A stretch of DNA of 33,343 nt from Patescibacteria group bacterium (GTDB lineage Bacteria > Patescibacteriota > Gracilibacteria > UM-FILTER-43-11). The DNA lies in contig JAJDCE010000036.1 in assembly GCA_029260985.1 (NCBI GenBank), forward strand, positions 1 through 33,343, in the 5' to 3' direction. Made by a program: the position numbers and the translations under genes. Numbering within the stretch: the stretch's first letter is position 1; each line of letters opens with the position of its first letter. Shown one piece after another: positions 31,358 through 33,343 of the stretch. The notes under the pieces are model-generated. The model saw nothing but the letters and a program-made list of their open reading frames with translations. It made no database searches and was not told the origin of the DNA.

Positions 31358-33343
31358 GCAGCCTTTACCAATTTTTTCTTAGGTATTTTTGCTTTGAGTT
31401 CCACCTTCATAAAAGTAAACTCCTCCTTATCTTTCAGACATCCGATTTTAATGGTGTCTCCTTTTTTGAATTCACCCGTGAGCATTCGCTCCGCGAGAGG
31501 ATCTTCGATAATATCCTGAATTTTTCTGCGAACCGGTCTTGCCCCATATTCAGGGGTATAGCTCAGCTTCGCAAGAAGCTCAAGAGCCTCAGGCGTTAAA
31601 TCAATTCTAATATCTTTATCGATTAGTCTGTCGTTGAGTTCTTTGATCTGCAGGCTGACAATCTCCTGAATATTTTCGTGAGTAAGAGGCTGGAACACAA
31701 TCACCTTATCAATACGATTGATGAATTCAGGTCGGAACGTGTCCTTAAATTCTTTCATCACTTGCTCTTTCTTCTCATTAAAATCCTCCTCAGCCTGTTT
31801 AAGTTTATCATCGCTCAAAGCAAAACCGATCTTACTCGCTTCTTTGGTCAGCTTTTTAGCACCAATATTACTCGTCATTATAATGATCGTATTGGTGAAA
31901 TCCACTCGCTTACCCTTCGCATCCGTTAAGTAGCCATCTTCGAGTACTTGAAGGAGGATATTAAAGAATTCAGGATGGGCTTTTTCAATTTCATCAAACA
32001 GCACCACGCTGTAGGGTTTTCTGCGTACGGCCTCAGTAAGTTGTCCGCCTTCTTCGTAACCCACATAACCGGCAGTGGCGCCGACAAGACGGGAAACATT
32101 GTGTTTTTCCATAAACTCACTCATATCGATCTTAATGAGCGCTTCAGAGTTGTTATAAACTTCGCGAGCCAGTGTTTTTACCAGTTCGGTTTTACCAACA
32201 CCGGTAGGCCCCAAGAAGACAAATGAACCAATCGGGCGGTTATGAGTCGCAATGCCCACTCGTGCCCGTCTGATCGCCTTAGAAACTTCCGACACAGACT
32301 CTTCCTGGCCTATGATGAAGCCTTTAAGAATTGACTCAAGATCAGATAGCTTTTTAGACTCGTCTTTCATCAATTTCGCCACAGGAATACCGGTTATCTT
32401 GCCAACGGTTTTAGCGATATCATTCTCATCAATTTTCACTCGCTTGGCTTTGTTCTGGCTCTGCTCCTTAATCTTTTCAATATCCTTAAAGATTACTTCT
32501 TTCTTCTCTTTGAGCTTTGAGGCTTTTTCGTATTCCTGAGCATAAACATGCTTTTCAATCTGCTTTTCAATCTTAGCGATTTTTTCCTTCTCTTTTCGGA
32601 TCGACGGAGTATTAAATTGACTCCTGGCGCCCATCAGGGCTGCCGTTTCATCCACTAAATCAATCGCTTTATCCGGTAAGAATCGCTCAGTCAAATATCG
32701 CTTAGACAACTTCACCGAAGCGACAATGGCTTCATCAGAAATATTGATATTATGAAATTTCTCATAAGCGGGTCGAAGCCCTTGCAGAATCTGAATACAT
32801 TCATCATCACTGGGCTCTTCCACCATAATCGATTGGAAGCGACGTTCAAGCGCCTTATCTTTTTCAATCTGTTTTCGATACTCATCAATTGTAGTAGCAC
32901 CAATAATCTGCATAGAACCTCTCGAAAGAGCAGGTTTCAAAAGATTCGCAGCATCCATACTGCCTTCAGCACTCCCTGTGCCGGAAAGGGTATGAATTTC
33001 GTCGATAAAGAGAATAATCTCATTATCAGCTTTAGCCGCTTCATCGATAATACTTTTCATGCGTTCCTCAAATTCTCCACGGTATTTGGTACCGGCAATC
33101 ACATTGCTGAGTGAGAGCAGTAAAATTTCCTTATTCAAAAGGGCGTCAGGCACAGACTCTTCAACAATGGCTTGGGCTAGGCCCTCAACCACAGCCGTTT
33201 TACCCACACCAGGGTCACCGATAATAACGGGGTTGTTTTTGGTTTTTCGGTTGAGCACATGAATCATACGCTCAATTTCCTTTTTTCGTCCGATAATTGG
33301 GTCGATCTCGCCTTTCCGGAACTTATTATTCAGATTGGAAGTA
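31354..33343 (-). CDS. clpC: ATP-dependent Clp protease ATP-binding subunit ClpC (5' end outside the window)
   Basis: The frame is open to the window edge (..[14 protein letters not shown]..). Two AAA+ modules ([13 protein letters not shown] and [15 protein letters not shown]) and a short UVR-like middle domain ([11 protein letters not shown]). Confidence 0.95.
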   Translation of the reverse strand, partial: TSNLNNKFRKGEIDPIIGRKKEIERMIHVLNRKTKNNPVIIGDPGVGKTAVVEGLAQAIVEESVPDALLNKEILLLSLSNVIAGTKYRGEFEERMKSIIDEAAKADNEIILFIDEIHTLSGTGSAEGSMDAANLLKPALSRGSMQIIGATTIDEYRKQIEKDKALERRFQSIMVEEPSDDECIQILQGLRPAYEKFHNINISDEAIVASVKLSKRYLTERFLPDKAIDLVDETAALMGARSQFNTPSIRKEKEKIAKIEKQIEKHVYAQEYEKASKLKEKKEVIFKDIEKIKEQSQNKAKRVKIDENDIAKTVGKITGIPVAKLMKDESKKLSDLESILKGFIIGQEESVSEVSKAIRRARVGIATHNRPIGSFVFLGPTGVGKTELVKTLAREVYNNSEALIKIDMSEFMEKHNVSRLVGATAGYVGYEEGGQLTEAVRRKPYSVVLFDEIEKAHPEFFNILLQVLEDGYLTDAKGKRVDFTNTIIIMTSNIGAKKLTKEASKIGFALSDDKLKQAEEDFNEKKEQVMKEFKDTFRPEFINRIDKVIVFQPLTHENIQEIVSLQIKELNDRLIDKDIRIDLTPEALELLAKLSYTPEYGARPVRRKIQDIIEDPLAERMLTGEFKKGDTIKIGCLKDKEEFTFMKVELKAKIPKKKLVKAA

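Noticed and set aside
148-33262. Numerous short antisense or overlapping ORFs in the track (e.g. 148-354, 2743-3171, 4104-4604, 16838-17383, 3465-3686, 22984-23175)
   Set aside because: They are shadows of well-supported genes or translations of repeat DNA, with no motifs.
1-33343. Genetic code 25 (TGA=Gly) as in Gracilibacteria
   Set aside because: Long conserved genes are uninterrupted in code 11, and nnrE and proC end at TGA at their expected lengths.

Overview
Chromosomal, mostly housekeeping window in genetic code 11. The gene content and synteny point by inference to a Patescibacteria/CPR organism, most likely Peregrinibacteria: secG next to an orphan substrate-binding protein, a PrgI/TraC-like pair, a baseplate-J-like membrane protein, an atypical EF-P loop and mostly no Shine-Dalgarno sites. 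Genes in order: folA (partial), thyA, nnrE, pgk, baseplate-J-like protein, AEC transporter, TraC-like and PrgI pair, PnuC-like transporter, SLH surface protein, efp, DoxX, inositol monophosphatase, tRNA-Ile(CAU), RRM protein, alpha/beta-hydrolase-M15 peptidase fusion, rplI, ABC substrate-binding protein, secG, comF, purQ with a probable tandem PurS-like tail, proB-proC, DUF262/HNH (GmrSD-like) nuclease, SDR, proA, TrmH-family methylase, chorismate mutase, two stand-alone response regulators and clpC (partial). The most striking unexplained structure is non-coding. Many spacers hold bipartite elements made of short tandem repeats (7, 8, 11, 12 or 13 bp) whose left and right arms are inverted. 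The unit sequence differs at each site but the architecture is the same, and small CGAAG/GAGC hairpin modules are nested inside. Several related repeats also lie in frame inside genes. An 84-bp direct repeat brackets a two-gene block inside the proline cluster. No CRISPR array, rRNA or transposase/integrase was seen.
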